Shown in pieces: positions 37,992-47,956 of a DNA stretch of 64,000 nucleotides (positions are counted from its first letter, which is position 1; every line of letters begins with the position of its first letter). Location of the stretch: NCBI GenBank assembly GCA_046328225.1, contig JAXLWZ010000004.1, positions 99,240 through 163,239 on the forward strand. The letters run 5' to 3'. The notes below the pieces were generated by a model that searched no databases, had not been told where the DNA came from, and was given only the letters and a program-made list of their open reading frames with translations. Source of the DNA: Dehalococcoidia bacterium. Its GTDB lineage: Bacteria > Chloroflexota > Dehalococcoidia > Tepidiformales > Tepidiformaceae. The translations under genes were made by a program, and so were the position numbers.

Positions 37992-39134
37992 CTAGGGCCG
38001 CTCGTTCGACATGATGATCGTGCCGCTGGCCGCGAACATGCCGCCCACGCCGTGGCAGACCGAAAGCTTCGCGCCCGGCACCTGCGCCGGGGCGATCCCG
38101 CGCATCTGCCGCACGCTCTCCTGCAGCGCGTACATGCCGTACATGCCCGAGTGCATGTAGCTCAGGCCGCCGCCGTTCGTGTTCAGCGGCAGCTTCCCGC
38201 CCGGGCGCGTGTTGCCCGCGGCGATGAACTTGCCCGCCTCGCCGCGCTCGCAGAACCCGAGGTCCTCGAGCCCGTAGATCGGCAGGTGCGCGAAGGCGTC
38301 GTAGATCATCAGGTGATCCACGTCCTTGTGCGTGATCCCCGCCTCGTCGAAGGCCTTCTTGCCCGAGACGCGGAACGCCTTCGAGCTCGTGAAGTCCTCC
38401 ATCTGGCTGATCATCGGCGTCTCGACGCTTTCGCCCGTGCCCACGACGTAGACCGGCTTGTTCGGGAAATCCTTCGCCCGGTCGGCCTTGGTGAGGATGA
38501 GCGCGCCGCCGCCGTCGGTCACGAGGCAGCACTCCAGCAGGTGGAACGGGTACGCGATCATCCGCGAGGCAAGCACGTCCTCGACCGTGATCGGGTCCTT
38601 CATCGTCGCGCGCGGGTTCTTGCCCGCCCATTCGCGCTGCACGACCGCCACCATCGCCAGCTCTTCGTGCGAAAGACCGAAGTCCTTCATGTAGCGAAGC
38701 ACCGGGATGGTGAACATGCTCGGCGGGCCGGCGATGCCGTACGGCGATTCGAACTGCCCGTTGATGGTCGAAGCCCCGCCGCCGAAGCCGCCGCGGCCAA
38801 CGCCGGACTTGCCGCTTTCGCCGTGCGTGATCAGGACCGTGTTGCACAGCCCTTCATTGATGGCCGCCGCCGCGTGGCGGACGTGCAGCATGAACGAGCA
38901 GCCGCCGACCATCGTGCCATCGGCCCAGGTAGGCGTGATGCCCAGGTACCAGGCCACTTCCATCGGGCTCTGGCCGGCGCAGGCGACACCGTCGATGTCC
39001 TTGGGCGAAAGACCCGCGTCCTTCATCGCGTTCAGCGCCGCATCAGCGTGCAGGCCGAGCTGCGAGAGACCCGGGATCAGGCCGAGCTCGGTCGTTTCCG
39101 CCGCGCCGACAATGGCAATGCTTCCGGGCTTCAC
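37992..39134 (-). CDS. SCP-x-type thiolase-domain protein
   Basis: Thiolase fold with the nonspecific lipid-transfer-protein-type pattern (GVACAGQS...CLVTDGGGALIL...NTNGGGLS). Confidence 0.8.
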   Translation of the reverse strand: MKPGSIAIVGAAETTELGLIPGLSQLGLHADAALNAMKDAGLSPKDIDGVACAGQSPMEVAWYLGITPTWADGTMVGGCSFMLHVRHAAAAINEGLCNTVLITHGESGKSGVGRGGFGGGASTINGQFESPYGIAGPPSMFTIPVLRYMKDFGLSHEELAMVAVVQREWAGKNPRATMKDPITVEDVLASRMIAYPFHLLECCLVTDGGGALILTKADRAKDFPNKPVYVVGTGESVETPMISQMEDFTSSKAFRVSGKKAFDEAGITHKDVDHLMIYDAFAHLPIYGLEDLGFCERGEAGKFIAAGNTRPGGKLPLNTNGGGLSYMHSGMYGMYALQESVRQMRGIAPAQVPGAKLSVCHGVGGMFAASGTIIMSNERP

Positions 39135-39619
39135 GAGCCACCTCCCACGGGGCGGAAAATCGGCAGGCTGATCGTCTCCGAGGCCGCCTCGGGCGCCAGC
39201 TCCACGGGCATATCGAGCACCAGCGCTTCCGGCGTCTGCTCGATGCCGCTGATGTTCGTCATCATCTTCGGGCCTTCATCCAGCTTCACCACCGCAATCG
39301 CGTACGGCGCGGTGAACCCCGGAGCCGCCCGGTGGTTGATCACGTAGCTGTGCAGCGTGCCCTTGCCGCTCGCCTTGAAGGTCGCGATATTGCGCGACCC
39401 GCAGGACGGGCAGAACGGCCGCGGCGGGAAGTACGCCTGCGCGCAGCCAGCTTCCTGGCAACGCTGCAGCCGGAGCTCGCCGGCCTTGACCCCGTCCCAG
39501 AATTCCTGGGTTTCGGGCGTGGGCTGTGGAATGGGTTTGCGCGGTGCAGCCAAAGAGTGGCCCTGCCTTTCGTGAAGTGCGGCCCGGCCGTCCCGGTTCC
39601 CGGCGCCGCCTCGGAGCAT
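39131..39619 (-). CDS. DUF35 Zn-ribbon/OB-fold protein (thiolase partner subunit)
   Basis: CQEAGCAQAYFPPRPFCPSCGS zinc ribbon + OB fold; ATGA overlap with the thiolase; start ambiguous (ATG MLRGG, or a downstream TTG). Confidence 0.65.
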   Translation of the reverse strand: MLRGGAGNRDGRAALHERQGHSLAAPRKPIPQPTPETQEFWDGVKAGELRLQRCQEAGCAQAYFPPRPFCPSCGSRNIATFKASGKGTLHSYVINHRAAPGFTAPYAIAVVKLDEGPKMMTNISGIEQTPEALVLDMPVELAPEAASETISLPIFRPVGGGS

Positions 39620-39681
39620 CGGTGATTCTTCCGCACCCCCATCGCTCGGGCAACCACGCCCGGCCAAGGAGACACGCGAAG

Positions 39682-39700
39682 ATTCAAAGCGCCTTTGAAT
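39682..39700. promoter_or_regulatory. Perfect palindromic operator-like site ATTCAAAG-cgc-CTTTGAAT
   Basis: 8-bp perfect inverted repeat with 3-bp spacer in an AT-richer island, about 60-80 bp upstream of the DUF35/thiolase operon start. Confidence 0.4.
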
Positions 39701-39780
39701 TGCGCCCGCGATACCTTAATCCCCGCGCGCCACTGCGTACAGCATCGCCACCGGATTCCGCGCCATGGTGCGTCGCAACC

Positions 39781-39810
39781 AATGAAAAAGGGCACCGGGA
39801 TCCCGGTGCC
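39781..39810 (-). terminator. Rho-independent terminator ending the tad operon (after the DUF192 gene)
   Basis: gggcaccgg-gatc-ccggtgcc hairpin; the minus-strand RNA is followed by CUUUUUCAUU. Confidence 0.6.
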
Positions 39811-39839
39811 GCCATGGATCGCCCCCGCGGTCCCTGTCC

Positions 39840-40184
39840 TCAGGCCGCGAACTCCAGTTGGTGGCCCGCCTCCACGAAGTCGGCCGCACCCCGGGGCAGT
39901 TCGACGACGCCCTTCGCGCCGCGCCCGCCGAAGGCAAGGCCTACCCAGGGCCGCACGCCACGCGCGACCTTCGTCACCCGGCCCTCACGGTCGTAGAACA
40001 CCGCGTCGATGGCGAAGCGCATGAACATCATATGGATGGACCCGCACGGCCGGATGTCGAGCCCCTCTCCCTCGGCGAGACCGCCGCGCAGCATCAGCCC
40101 GCGGAAGCGCGTCCAGGCCGTGTCCGCCGTCGATGCGCGCTCCGCGACCACCCGCCCGGCCGAAAGGTCGACGATGCGCGCCAT
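39840..40184 (-). CDS. DUF192-domain protein
   Basis: DUF192 pattern (GLMLRGG...GEGLDIRPCGSIHMMFMRFAIDAVF); last gene of the tad locus. Confidence 0.65.
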   Translation of the reverse strand: MARIVDLSAGRVVAERASTADTAWTRFRGLMLRGGLAEGEGLDIRPCGSIHMMFMRFAIDAVFYDREGRVTKVARGVRPWVGLAFGGRGAKGVVELPRGAADFVEAGHQLEFAA

Positions 40185-40186
40185 CC

Positions 40187-41092
40187 CTAGAACGCGCCCT
40201 TCATCTGGATGATCGCCGGGCCGCCGATGACGATCAGGATCGCCGGGAAGATGAACAGCACCAGCGGGAACACCATCTTGATCGGCGCCTTGAAGGCTGC
40301 CTCTTCCGCCTTCTGCTTCCGCTTCACCCGCATAACGCCCGTCTGCACCCGGATCACCGAGCCGATGGAGATACCCATCTGCTCCGCCTGGACGATCGAG
40401 TTCACCAGAGAGCGAAGCTCTTCAACGCCCGTGCGGTCGGCCATATCGAGGAACGCTTCGCGGCGCGTGCGCCCCATCGTGATCTCGCGCATCGTCCGTG
40501 TCAGCTCTTCGGCGAACGGGCCCTTCACCTTTTCAATCACTCGCGAGAACGCGGCATCGATGCCCAGGCCGGCCTCCACCGACGCCGTGATCAGGTCGAA
40601 GGCGTCCGGCAGCGCCCGCCAGATCTCCTTCTGGCGCCGCTTGATGCGGCCCATGATCCAGACGCGCGGCCCATAGATACCGAAGCCGGCCGCGACGCCG
40701 TAGGTGATGAGCAGCATCTGCCCCGTCTTGCCGATGGCCGCCATGTAGAGCACGGCCAACAGCGGCACGAGGCCCGCCGTAATGCCCACGATGAGGATGA
40801 GCTGGCCCGTCTTCATGTTCAGGCCCGCCTGCTTCATCGCCGATTCCAGCCGCTCGGACATCGTCGAGGGGAGCACGCCGTTCGCCTTGGCCGAGAGCGC
40901 CTTCACGATCGGCGCGAGCACGCGCGCCTTGAAGGCCGCCTCCGGGTCCGGCAGTTCCTGCTTCCCGGGCCGGACATAGCGCAGGCCGCCCAGGCGCGAA
41001 TCCATCGGGTCGGCCTCCGCCTGCCGGTAGAAGAGCCCATATGCCGTGAGCGTCACCGTGACGAACGTAGCCAGCGCGATCAGTGCTTCCAC
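40187..41092 (-). CDS. tadC: Tad pilus inner-membrane platform protein TadC (T2SS F family)
   Basis: T2SSF-domain membrane protein, paired with the upstream paralog. Confidence 0.8.
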   Translation of the reverse strand: MEALIALATFVTVTLTAYGLFYRQAEADPMDSRLGGLRYVRPGKQELPDPEAAFKARVLAPIVKALSAKANGVLPSTMSERLESAMKQAGLNMKTGQLILIVGITAGLVPLLAVLYMAAIGKTGQMLLITYGVAAGFGIYGPRVWIMGRIKRRQKEIWRALPDAFDLITASVEAGLGIDAAFSRVIEKVKGPFAEELTRTMREITMGRTRREAFLDMADRTGVEELRSLVNSIVQAEQMGISIGSVIRVQTGVMRVKRKQKAEEAAFKAPIKMVFPLVLFIFPAILIVIGGPAIIQMKGAF

Positions 41093-41096
41093 GGCC

Positions 41097-42062
41097 CTAT
41101 ACCTCGATGTTCACGATCTTGCGGATGACGGCGAAGCCCAGGATCTCCATGCCGATGGCGCCGCCGAGCATCATTCGCCCCAGCGGGTCCGTGAACAGCT
41201 TCCCGGTGAACTCCGGGCTGATCATCATGAAGATGATCCCGAGCCCGATCGGGATGCCGCCGATGACGTAGCCCGTCATGCGCTGCTGCGATGTCAGCGT
41301 CCGGATTTCGCCGCGAATGCGCTCCCGCTCGCGCATCGTGTGCGCCACGTTGTCCAGGATCTCGGCGAGGTTGCCGCCCACGCTTCGCTGAATCAGCGTC
41401 GCCGTGATCACGATGTCGAAGTCCGAGCTCCCCACGCGCTGGTTGAGCGCGCTCAGCGCCTGTTCCACGCTCGCGCCCATCGCCGTGTCCCGCAGGGTGC
41501 GGCGGATCTCCGTCGCCAGCGGGTTCGGCAGCTGTTCCGAAGCCGAATCGAGCGCCTGGATGAGGCCGAAGCCCGCGCGCAGGCCGCTCGCCAGCATCTG
41601 CAGCATCTCCACCAGCTGCGCCTCCAGCTTGCGCGTGCGGCTGCCGATGCGCCGCTTCACCCAGAAGCCGACCGCGAAATAGCCGAGTGGCAGCCCCAGC
41701 ACGGAGAGCTGCGGCATGGGCAACGTCATCAGCCCGATGAGCACCATCACCACGCCGAACGTCGCCCGCAGGATGAAGTACTCCCGCGCGTTGAGCGCCA
41801 GGCCCGCCCGCTCCAGCTGCACCGTCCACTGCTGCACGAGGTTCGCTGAGACCAGGTTCACGCCGCCGAAGGTCACCGTCGCCCGCTTGCGCAGGCTCAG
41901 GCCGCCGCCGGCCGGGCCGCCCTGGGGCGCGCCGTCCATGCTCTTCAGCCGCGTCAGCCGGCTCGCCGCCTCGGCGGAGACGCCGCCGAAGCCCGTCGCC
42001 CAGAGCGTGAACGTCGTGGCCGTGGCCCCCGCCAGGAGGCAGGCCGTCAGGAGTGCGATCAT
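41097..42062 (-). CDS. tadB: Tad pilus inner-membrane platform protein TadB (T2SS F family)
   Basis: T2SSF domain; start MIALLTAC with ATGA overlap to cpaF. Confidence 0.8.
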   Translation of the reverse strand: MIALLTACLLAGATATTFTLWATGFGGVSAEAASRLTRLKSMDGAPQGGPAGGGLSLRKRATVTFGGVNLVSANLVQQWTVQLERAGLALNAREYFILRATFGVVMVLIGLMTLPMPQLSVLGLPLGYFAVGFWVKRRIGSRTRKLEAQLVEMLQMLASGLRAGFGLIQALDSASEQLPNPLATEIRRTLRDTAMGASVEQALSALNQRVGSSDFDIVITATLIQRSVGGNLAEILDNVAHTMRERERIRGEIRTLTSQQRMTGYVIGGIPIGLGIIFMMISPEFTGKLFTDPLGRMMLGGAIGMEILGFAVIRKIVNIEV

Positions 42063-43801
42063 CACGAGCCTCCCTTCCGGTAACCCGGGTCGAACAGCGT
42101 CGCCGGCAGCTCGATGCCCGCCATCTGGAACTTGTGCAGGAACGAAGGCCGCACACCCGTCGGCTGCATCGAGCCCACGACCTTCCCGTCCTCGTCCACC
42201 CGGTCGAGCTTGAACAGGAAGATGTCCTGGAGCGTGATCGTGTCGCCCTCCATGCCGCTCACTTCCGTCACGTGGCTCACGCGGCGGCTGCCGTCCTGGA
42301 GACGCTGGACCTGGATGAAGATGTCGATGGCCGACGCGATCTGCTCGCGAATCGCCCGGGCTGGCAGGTCCATGCCCGCCATGAGCACCATGTTCTCGAG
42401 GCGGGCGAGGGCGTCGCGCGGCGTGTTCGCGTGAATCGTCGAAATCGAACCGTCGTGGCCCGTGTTCATCGCCTGCAGCATGTCGAAGCACTCTTCGCCG
42501 CGGACTTCGCCGACGATGATGCGGTCCGGGCGCATGCGCAGGCAGTTCTTCACGAGGTCGCGCTGCTTGATCTGGTTCTTCCCCTCGATGCTCGCCGGCC
42601 GTGCCTCGAGCGTGATCACGTGCTCCTGCTGGAGCCGCAGTTCCGAAGGGTCCTCGATCGTGATGATCCGCTCGGTGTTCGGGATGAACGCCGAGAGCGC
42701 GTTCAACAGCGTCGTCTTACCGGTGCCGGTACCGCCGGAGATGATGACGTTGAGGTGCGCTCGCACGCACATGGCCAGGAACTCCGCCGTTGCCTCGCTC
42801 ATCGCGCCGACGGCGATGAGGTCCGCCATCCGCATCTTGTCCGCCCGGAACTTTCGGATGGTGATGCTGGGCGCCTTCGGCGATGCCGGCGGGATGGTGA
42901 TGTTCACGCGCGAACCGTCCGGCAGGCGCGCGTCCACCATCGGGCTCGATTCGTCGATACGCCGCCCCAGCGGCGCCACGATGCGCTCGATGATGCGCAT
43001 GATGTGCTGCTTGTCCCGGAACCGCAGCGGGCTCCGGTAGATGCGCCCGTCCTGCTCGAAGAAGATCTTGTCCAGGTCGTTGACCATCACTTCGCTGACC
43101 GATGGGTCGCGCAGCAACGGCTCCAGCGGCCCGAGGCCGAGCACTTCGTCGGCGACGGCTTCGACGAGCTCGTCGCGCGTCGCCCCGCCGAGCTGCAGCT
43201 GCTCCTGGGCGACGATTTCGCGCGCCGCGCGAATGACCGCCTCGCGCTGCTGCTCCGCCGGCAGGCCCTCGAGGCTCCCGTGTTCCAGCTCCTCGATGAG
43301 CAGTTCGTGCAGGCGGATCTTCGCCGCCTCGATCTGCGGGTTCGCGCGCGCATCACGCTGGCCGGCCTCGCCCGGGCGGCCGTCCGCGGCCCTGCGGCGC
43401 GGCGCCTGCTGCCCGTCCGGCGTCGCCGGCGGCTGGTTCGAAGGCGGGATCTGGCGGCGGTCGCGGAAGGGCAGCGGCTGCGCCGGAGGCGGCGTTTCGC
43501 TCGGCGCCGCGCGACTCTGGGGCGCCTCCGAAGGCGGCGCGGCCGGCGGCCTCACCTCATCCGGGATGCCGCCCCAGCTCCGCCGCGGCGGGAGCTGGCC
43601 CGATGGCCGAAGCAGCCGGCCATCGCCCGCGGGGGGCTGCGCCGGCGGCTGCGGCCGCATCGCGAGGTTGCCATCGCTCGGCGGCGGTTCCGCCGGCCCC
43701 TGCCCTTCCGGGCCCGGGCCGCCGACCCGCCGTCGCGCGCTCGACCAGCCGAAGAGGCGGCCGCTCTCAGGGGGTGTTTGCCGTTCAGACTCATCCGCCA
43801 C
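42062..43801 (-). CDS. cpaF: CpaF/TadA secretion ATPase with ~180-aa Pro/Gln-rich N-terminal extension
   Basis: Walker A GGTGTGKTT, Asp box, Walker B IIVGEVRGEE, His box TIHANTP; N-terminus low-complexity PPxP-rich. Confidence 0.9.
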   Translation of the reverse strand: MADESERQTPPESGRLFGWSSARRRVGGPGPEGQGPAEPPPSDGNLAMRPQPPAQPPAGDGRLLRPSGQLPPRRSWGGIPDEVRPPAAPPSEAPQSRAAPSETPPPAQPLPFRDRRQIPPSNQPPATPDGQQAPRRRAADGRPGEAGQRDARANPQIEAAKIRLHELLIEELEHGSLEGLPAEQQREAVIRAAREIVAQEQLQLGGATRDELVEAVADEVLGLGPLEPLLRDPSVSEVMVNDLDKIFFEQDGRIYRSPLRFRDKQHIMRIIERIVAPLGRRIDESSPMVDARLPDGSRVNITIPPASPKAPSITIRKFRADKMRMADLIAVGAMSEATAEFLAMCVRAHLNVIISGGTGTGKTTLLNALSAFIPNTERIITIEDPSELRLQQEHVITLEARPASIEGKNQIKQRDLVKNCLRMRPDRIIVGEVRGEECFDMLQAMNTGHDGSISTIHANTPRDALARLENMVLMAGMDLPARAIREQIASAIDIFIQVQRLQDGSRRVSHVTEVSGMEGDTITLQDIFLFKLDRVDEDGKVVGSMQPTGVRPSFLHKFQMAGIELPATLFDPGYRKGGS

Positions 43802-43861
43802 AGCCGGCCTCCTCTCGTCGTTGCTCCACGCTCACGGTGCCGCTCTCATGTTTGGTTTCGG

Positions 43862-45097
43862 TCAGGCGCTCTTGCGGAACAGGGGCCGGAGGAGGTTCGT
43901 CAGCGGCCCGCCGCCACTGCCCGCCTTCTTCCCCTTCTGCTTCGCCTGGCGCACGCCCGCCAGCGCCCGCGCCATTTCGCGGATCTCCAGCGAGACCTTC
44001 GTGTTCGGCCGGCTCATGACGATCGGCCGCCCGAGCTGCGCCGCCTTCACGACTTCGTTGTCCTGCGGGATGCGCCACCACAGCGGCGAATCCAGCGTCC
44101 GCTCGACGTCCTTCTCCCGCACGCCCGTGTCCACGCCCGCGCGGTTGAGCACGACCTTGATCCGCTCCTCGTCGTTCCCGAACCGCTCGTGGAGCATCTC
44201 CAGGGCCAGCACCGTGTCCTTGATGCTCGCCATGTCCAGCGTCGTCACGAGCAGGATCATCGTCCCGACTTCGATGGCCGCCGCCACGATCTCGTTGAAG
44301 GTGCCCGGCGTGTCCAGGATCACGAAGTCGTGCGTCTGCGCGAGCACGTCGACCACGTCCCGCACGTGCCGCGCGGTCAGGTTTCGCCAGTCGCTCGGCC
44401 GCGTCGGCGCCGGGAGAATGTGCACCCCCGACTCGTGCTCGACGAGGTACTCCTTCAGCGACTGCCGGTCGACGTTGTCCAGGTTCCGCGCCAGGTCCGC
44501 GATCGAACGCTCCACGGGGATGTCCATCGTGATGGCGACATCGCCGAAGCGCGTGTCCATGTCGACGAGCGCCACCGACTGGTGTGCTTCGCCCGCGAGC
44601 GCCACGGCCAGGTTCGACGAAATCGTCGTCTTGCCGATGCCGCCCTTGGCCCCGAACACGGTGATGATCGTCCCCTGCGGGATCGGGTCATCGAGTTCGC
44701 CCCGGCGGCGCATGCCCTCGCGCTCCTTGCGTTCGAGCACCTTGATGATCGACGCCTCGAGCTCCTCCGGGTTCAGCGGCTCCTGGAGATAATCCGAAGC
44801 CCCCGAGACCATCGACTGCCGCATCAGGCGGATGTTCGCTTCCGTCGAGAACACCACGATGGGCAGGTCCGGCAGACCGTCGTTGATGCGCGAAAGCGTC
44901 TGCACGGGCCGCACCAGCGGCTCCTCGATGCGCATCAGCATCACGTCCGGCCGCAGCTGGAATGCCAGCGTGAACGCTTCCACGCCATAGCCGGCCGCAC
45001 CCGCCACGGAAAACCCGAGCATCGTCAGCGTCTTCTGGATCTCCGCGCTGCTTTCGCGGTCCGGGTCGATCACGATGACCTGTGGAACCCTCGCCAT
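43862..45097 (-). CDS. cpaE: CpaE/TadZ: pseudo-receiver domain + ParA/MinD-type ATPase
   Basis: N-terminal REC-like fold lacking the canonical phospho-Asp; deviant Walker A GAKGGIGKTT. Confidence 0.8.
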   Translation of the reverse strand: MARVPQVIVIDPDRESSAEIQKTLTMLGFSVAGAAGYGVEAFTLAFQLRPDVMLMRIEEPLVRPVQTLSRINDGLPDLPIVVFSTEANIRLMRQSMVSGASDYLQEPLNPEELEASIIKVLERKEREGMRRRGELDDPIPQGTIITVFGAKGGIGKTTISSNLAVALAGEAHQSVALVDMDTRFGDVAITMDIPVERSIADLARNLDNVDRQSLKEYLVEHESGVHILPAPTRPSDWRNLTARHVRDVVDVLAQTHDFVILDTPGTFNEIVAAAIEVGTMILLVTTLDMASIKDTVLALEMLHERFGNDEERIKVVLNRAGVDTGVREKDVERTLDSPLWWRIPQDNEVVKAAQLGRPIVMSRPNTKVSLEIREMARALAGVRQAKQKGKKAGSGGGPLTNLLRPLFRKSA

Positions 45098-45194
45098 TGC
45101 CTGTCCTCCACCATCGGCGGCGGCCCGCTCAGCGCGAGCCGCACATTGTTCCGCTTCCCGTTGACCAGGGCGTGCGTACGCCCACGGGCGCCTG

Positions 45195-46151
45195 TTACTT
45201 CTTCTTCTGCGTGAACACATCCTCCAGCGACCAGAGCTGCGCGCCCTCGATCGCCTTCGCATCGCCCTTCTGCCGCGGGAGGATGCGCCACTGGCCCACT
45301 TCGTCCTTCATCGCGTCGATGATCGCCACCTTCGCCGCCAGGTCGACCGGCAGCGCGAGCGTCACCGAGATCGCCTTCTCGTACGTCGTGAGGTCCTTCT
45401 CCTTGTCCGGGTCCACGCTCGTGCCCGAACCGCCCGTCGTCGTGCTCGTGCCCAGGGTCGTCGTCGTCGCGCCCGCCGTCGCCGTCGAGCTCGCCGCCGC
45501 CTTCGCCTTCTGCGCGTCCGTGTTCACCACGACCTTCACCAGCGTCTGCGAAACCGCCAGCACCTCGACGTCGCTCGCCAGGATGCCCGCGATCACGTCC
45601 GGCTTCTCCGCGCCCGTGAGGGGGTCGATCTTGCTCAGCGTCGTGAGGCCCAGCACGTCCACGCGGTCGCCCGGCTGCGGCAGGCCGCCGGCGATCCACG
45701 CCTCGTGCGGCACCTGCAGGGCCAGCGCCCGCATCCCCTCCGGGATCTTGTACGCGAGCCCCGCCTGCCCTTCGTACGTCGTCACCTTCGCCGAAAGCAC
45801 CTGCTCGCCCGTCACGGCCGGCGCCGTCGTCACCTTGCCGACGAGCTCCTGCGAGCGCGTGGCTTCGAACCGGCCCGGCAGCAGCGCCGCCGCCGGCACC
45901 GTCTTCGCTTCCAGCATCGAATCCGTGATCTTCTCGCCCGCGCCAACATCGCGCGTGAACACCAGGACCGATTCCGCCCCGTTCCCGGCGTTCAGCGCCT
46001 GGTCGAGCGTGCTGTCCTTGGCGCCCCGGCTGTTCAGGAACGCGAACATGAGCGCCGCGCTCAGAATGCCGAACACCGCGGCGAGCATCAGGACGCCGCG
46101 ATTCCGGCTCGAACCGGCCGCGGCAGTGGAAGCGATTGAAGTACGTGGCAT
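45195..46151 (-). CDS. cpaB: Flp pilus assembly protein CpaB/RcpC
   Basis: N-terminal TM then SAF/CpaB beta domain, Thr/Gly-rich linker; start MPRTSIAS. Confidence 0.7.
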   Translation of the reverse strand: MPRTSIASTAAAGSSRNRGVLMLAAVFGILSAALMFAFLNSRGAKDSTLDQALNAGNGAESVLVFTRDVGAGEKITDSMLEAKTVPAAALLPGRFEATRSQELVGKVTTAPAVTGEQVLSAKVTTYEGQAGLAYKIPEGMRALALQVPHEAWIAGGLPQPGDRVDVLGLTTLSKIDPLTGAEKPDVIAGILASDVEVLAVSQTLVKVVVNTDAQKAKAAASSTATAGATTTTLGTSTTTGGSGTSVDPDKEKDLTTYEKAISVTLALPVDLAAKVAIIDAMKDEVGQWRILPRQKGDAKAIEGAQLWSLEDVFTQKKK

Positions 46152-46299
46152 CGCAGGATCTCCTCCCCTAGCTGTATCGACAGCCACACTCCACCGGCAC
46201 AGGGCCGCAACCCCCTCTTGACCTTCCCGATCCCTCGCCTAACGAAACGGCCGCCCCTCGCGAGGCGGCCGTCTGCGGTGATTGGGGCCGGTGCGCCGG

Positions 46300-47883
46300 C
46301 TACTGCGTCAGCTGAATGTGCGTCTCCGCCGCGATGTTCGCGAACGCGTCATCGAGCTCGGCCGTCGTCGGCGATTTGAAGTACTTCCCGCCCGTCAGGA
46401 CCGCGACCGCCTCCAGGTTCGCGTCGTCCACCGCCGTCCCCAGGCCGATCGTGTACAGGGTCACGCCCGCGTTCTTCAGCCGGTTGGCCTCCGAAGTCAG
46501 GTGTGAATACGCGACCGACGTCCCCGGGCTCTGCGGCGAACTGCACGACCCGTCGTAGTTCGACTGGCTGTAGCTCGAGTTCTGGCAGACCGTGTTCGTC
46601 ATACCGTCCGTCAGCAGGACGACGATCTTCTTCGAATTCATCCGCGAACCCGACCCCGTCGCGATTCTTCGCCCCAGCGCCGCCGCATAGGCGATGTTCG
46701 TGCCACCCGAGGGCACCAGGATGGCGTCCATCTGCGTGCGAACGGTCGAGAAGTTGCTGATCAGGTTGTAGTTGATCGTCCCCGAGGAGGAGAACGACGC
46801 CAGCCCGATCTTGTCGTAGGACTCGTTGAAGAAGTTCGTGAAGTACTTGGCGTTGTTGATCATCGAGTCGAATGGCTCGTGAGGGCCGTTCGTCGTCGTC
46901 GTCGCCTGGTAGGGCGCGGCCTTGTCGCAGTACGACTGGTCCGGGTTCGGATTCGTGTCCGTCCCGTGCAGCGACCAGATGTACGCCCGCGCCGCATCCG
47001 CCGCGTTCGCGCTGCCGTGGTGGTAGGCCTTCAGCGTCGGCGTGCTGTCGGCGTTGTTCCACTGCGCGCGCGTCACCGTGAGCTGGTTGGCCGGCGCGTT
47101 CACCGCCGTGATTTTGAAGAGCTCATCGTCAATCTGGATCATCCCCGCCCGTGGGCTGCCGCCGCCGGATGGCGTGCGTTGCCAGTAGGTAGTGGTGCTG
47201 TTCCAGCCGTCGCCGAAGTTCGAACGGTTCGTCGCCGCGTTGGTGCTGTTGAACACCCGCACGTCGTTCAGCGTGATGACGATGCTGTTGCCCGAGACCG
47301 CCGGGATGTCCGCCGCCAGGCGCGGGAAGCTGAACCCGCCCGCCGGCACCGTCAATCGCCCGGGGCTCATCAAATAGATCGAGTTCGCGTTCTCCGTCTC
47401 GGGGTAGCTCGCCATGCACATCGACCCCGAGATGTCGAGGACGATGGCGATGTCGAGCACCTGCGAAGCCGCCGTGCCCGTCGCGGACACGTGCCAGTTG
47501 TTGATGCCGAAGACCCGCGCGAAGAACGTCGGGATATCGGCCTGGCCCGTGATGTTCACAGCCTTATTCCCCGCGGGGAACGTGGTCGTGAAGCTCACAT
47601 TCTGGCCCTGGCTGTTGATGAACGTGGCGTTTTTCGTCCAATAGGTGTTCGCCGCCGCCGAGGCCGCGCTCGTGCCGTGCGGCATGTCCTGGGCCGCCGC
47701 AAGCGCCGCCGCGTCCACCGCCGCCTGCATCTGCGTCCGCGCCCACAGCAGCCGGCCGACATCGACGCTCAGCGCCACCAGCCCGATCAGCCCGATGAGG
47801 CCGATCGCGAAAAGCGGCAGCGTCTGCCCGCGCTCATCGCGCCGGCGTTCCCTGCCAATCAGCTTGTTCAGAATCGTTTGCAT
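46300..47883 (-). CDS. TadG/TadE-like pseudopilin with von Willebrand factor A domain
   Basis: TadE-like N-terminal (RGQTLPLFAIGLIGLIGLVALSVDVG...) plus vWA MIDAS VLDISGSM ... TDG. Confidence 0.7.
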   Translation of the reverse strand: MQTILNKLIGRERRRDERGQTLPLFAIGLIGLIGLVALSVDVGRLLWARTQMQAAVDAAALAAAQDMPHGTSAASAAANTYWTKNATFINSQGQNVSFTTTFPAGNKAVNITGQADIPTFFARVFGINNWHVSATGTAASQVLDIAIVLDISGSMCMASYPETENANSIYLMSPGRLTVPAGGFSFPRLAADIPAVSGNSIVITLNDVRVFNSTNAATNRSNFGDGWNSTTTYWQRTPSGGGSPRAGMIQIDDELFKITAVNAPANQLTVTRAQWNNADSTPTLKAYHHGSANAADAARAYIWSLHGTDTNPNPDQSYCDKAAPYQATTTTNGPHEPFDSMINNAKYFTNFFNESYDKIGLASFSSSGTINYNLISNFSTVRTQMDAILVPSGGTNIAYAAALGRRIATGSGSRMNSKKIVVLLTDGMTNTVCQNSSYSQSNYDGSCSSPQSPGTSVAYSHLTSEANRLKNAGVTLYTIGLGTAVDDANLEAVAVLTGGKYFKSPTTAELDDAFANIAAETHIQLTQ

Positions 47884-47956
47884 GGCGTGGTCCCTTTCCG
47901 GGTGGGTGGAGGCACGTCGCACCCTTGTGGACACCTGGTTCCTGGTCGCGCCGCCG

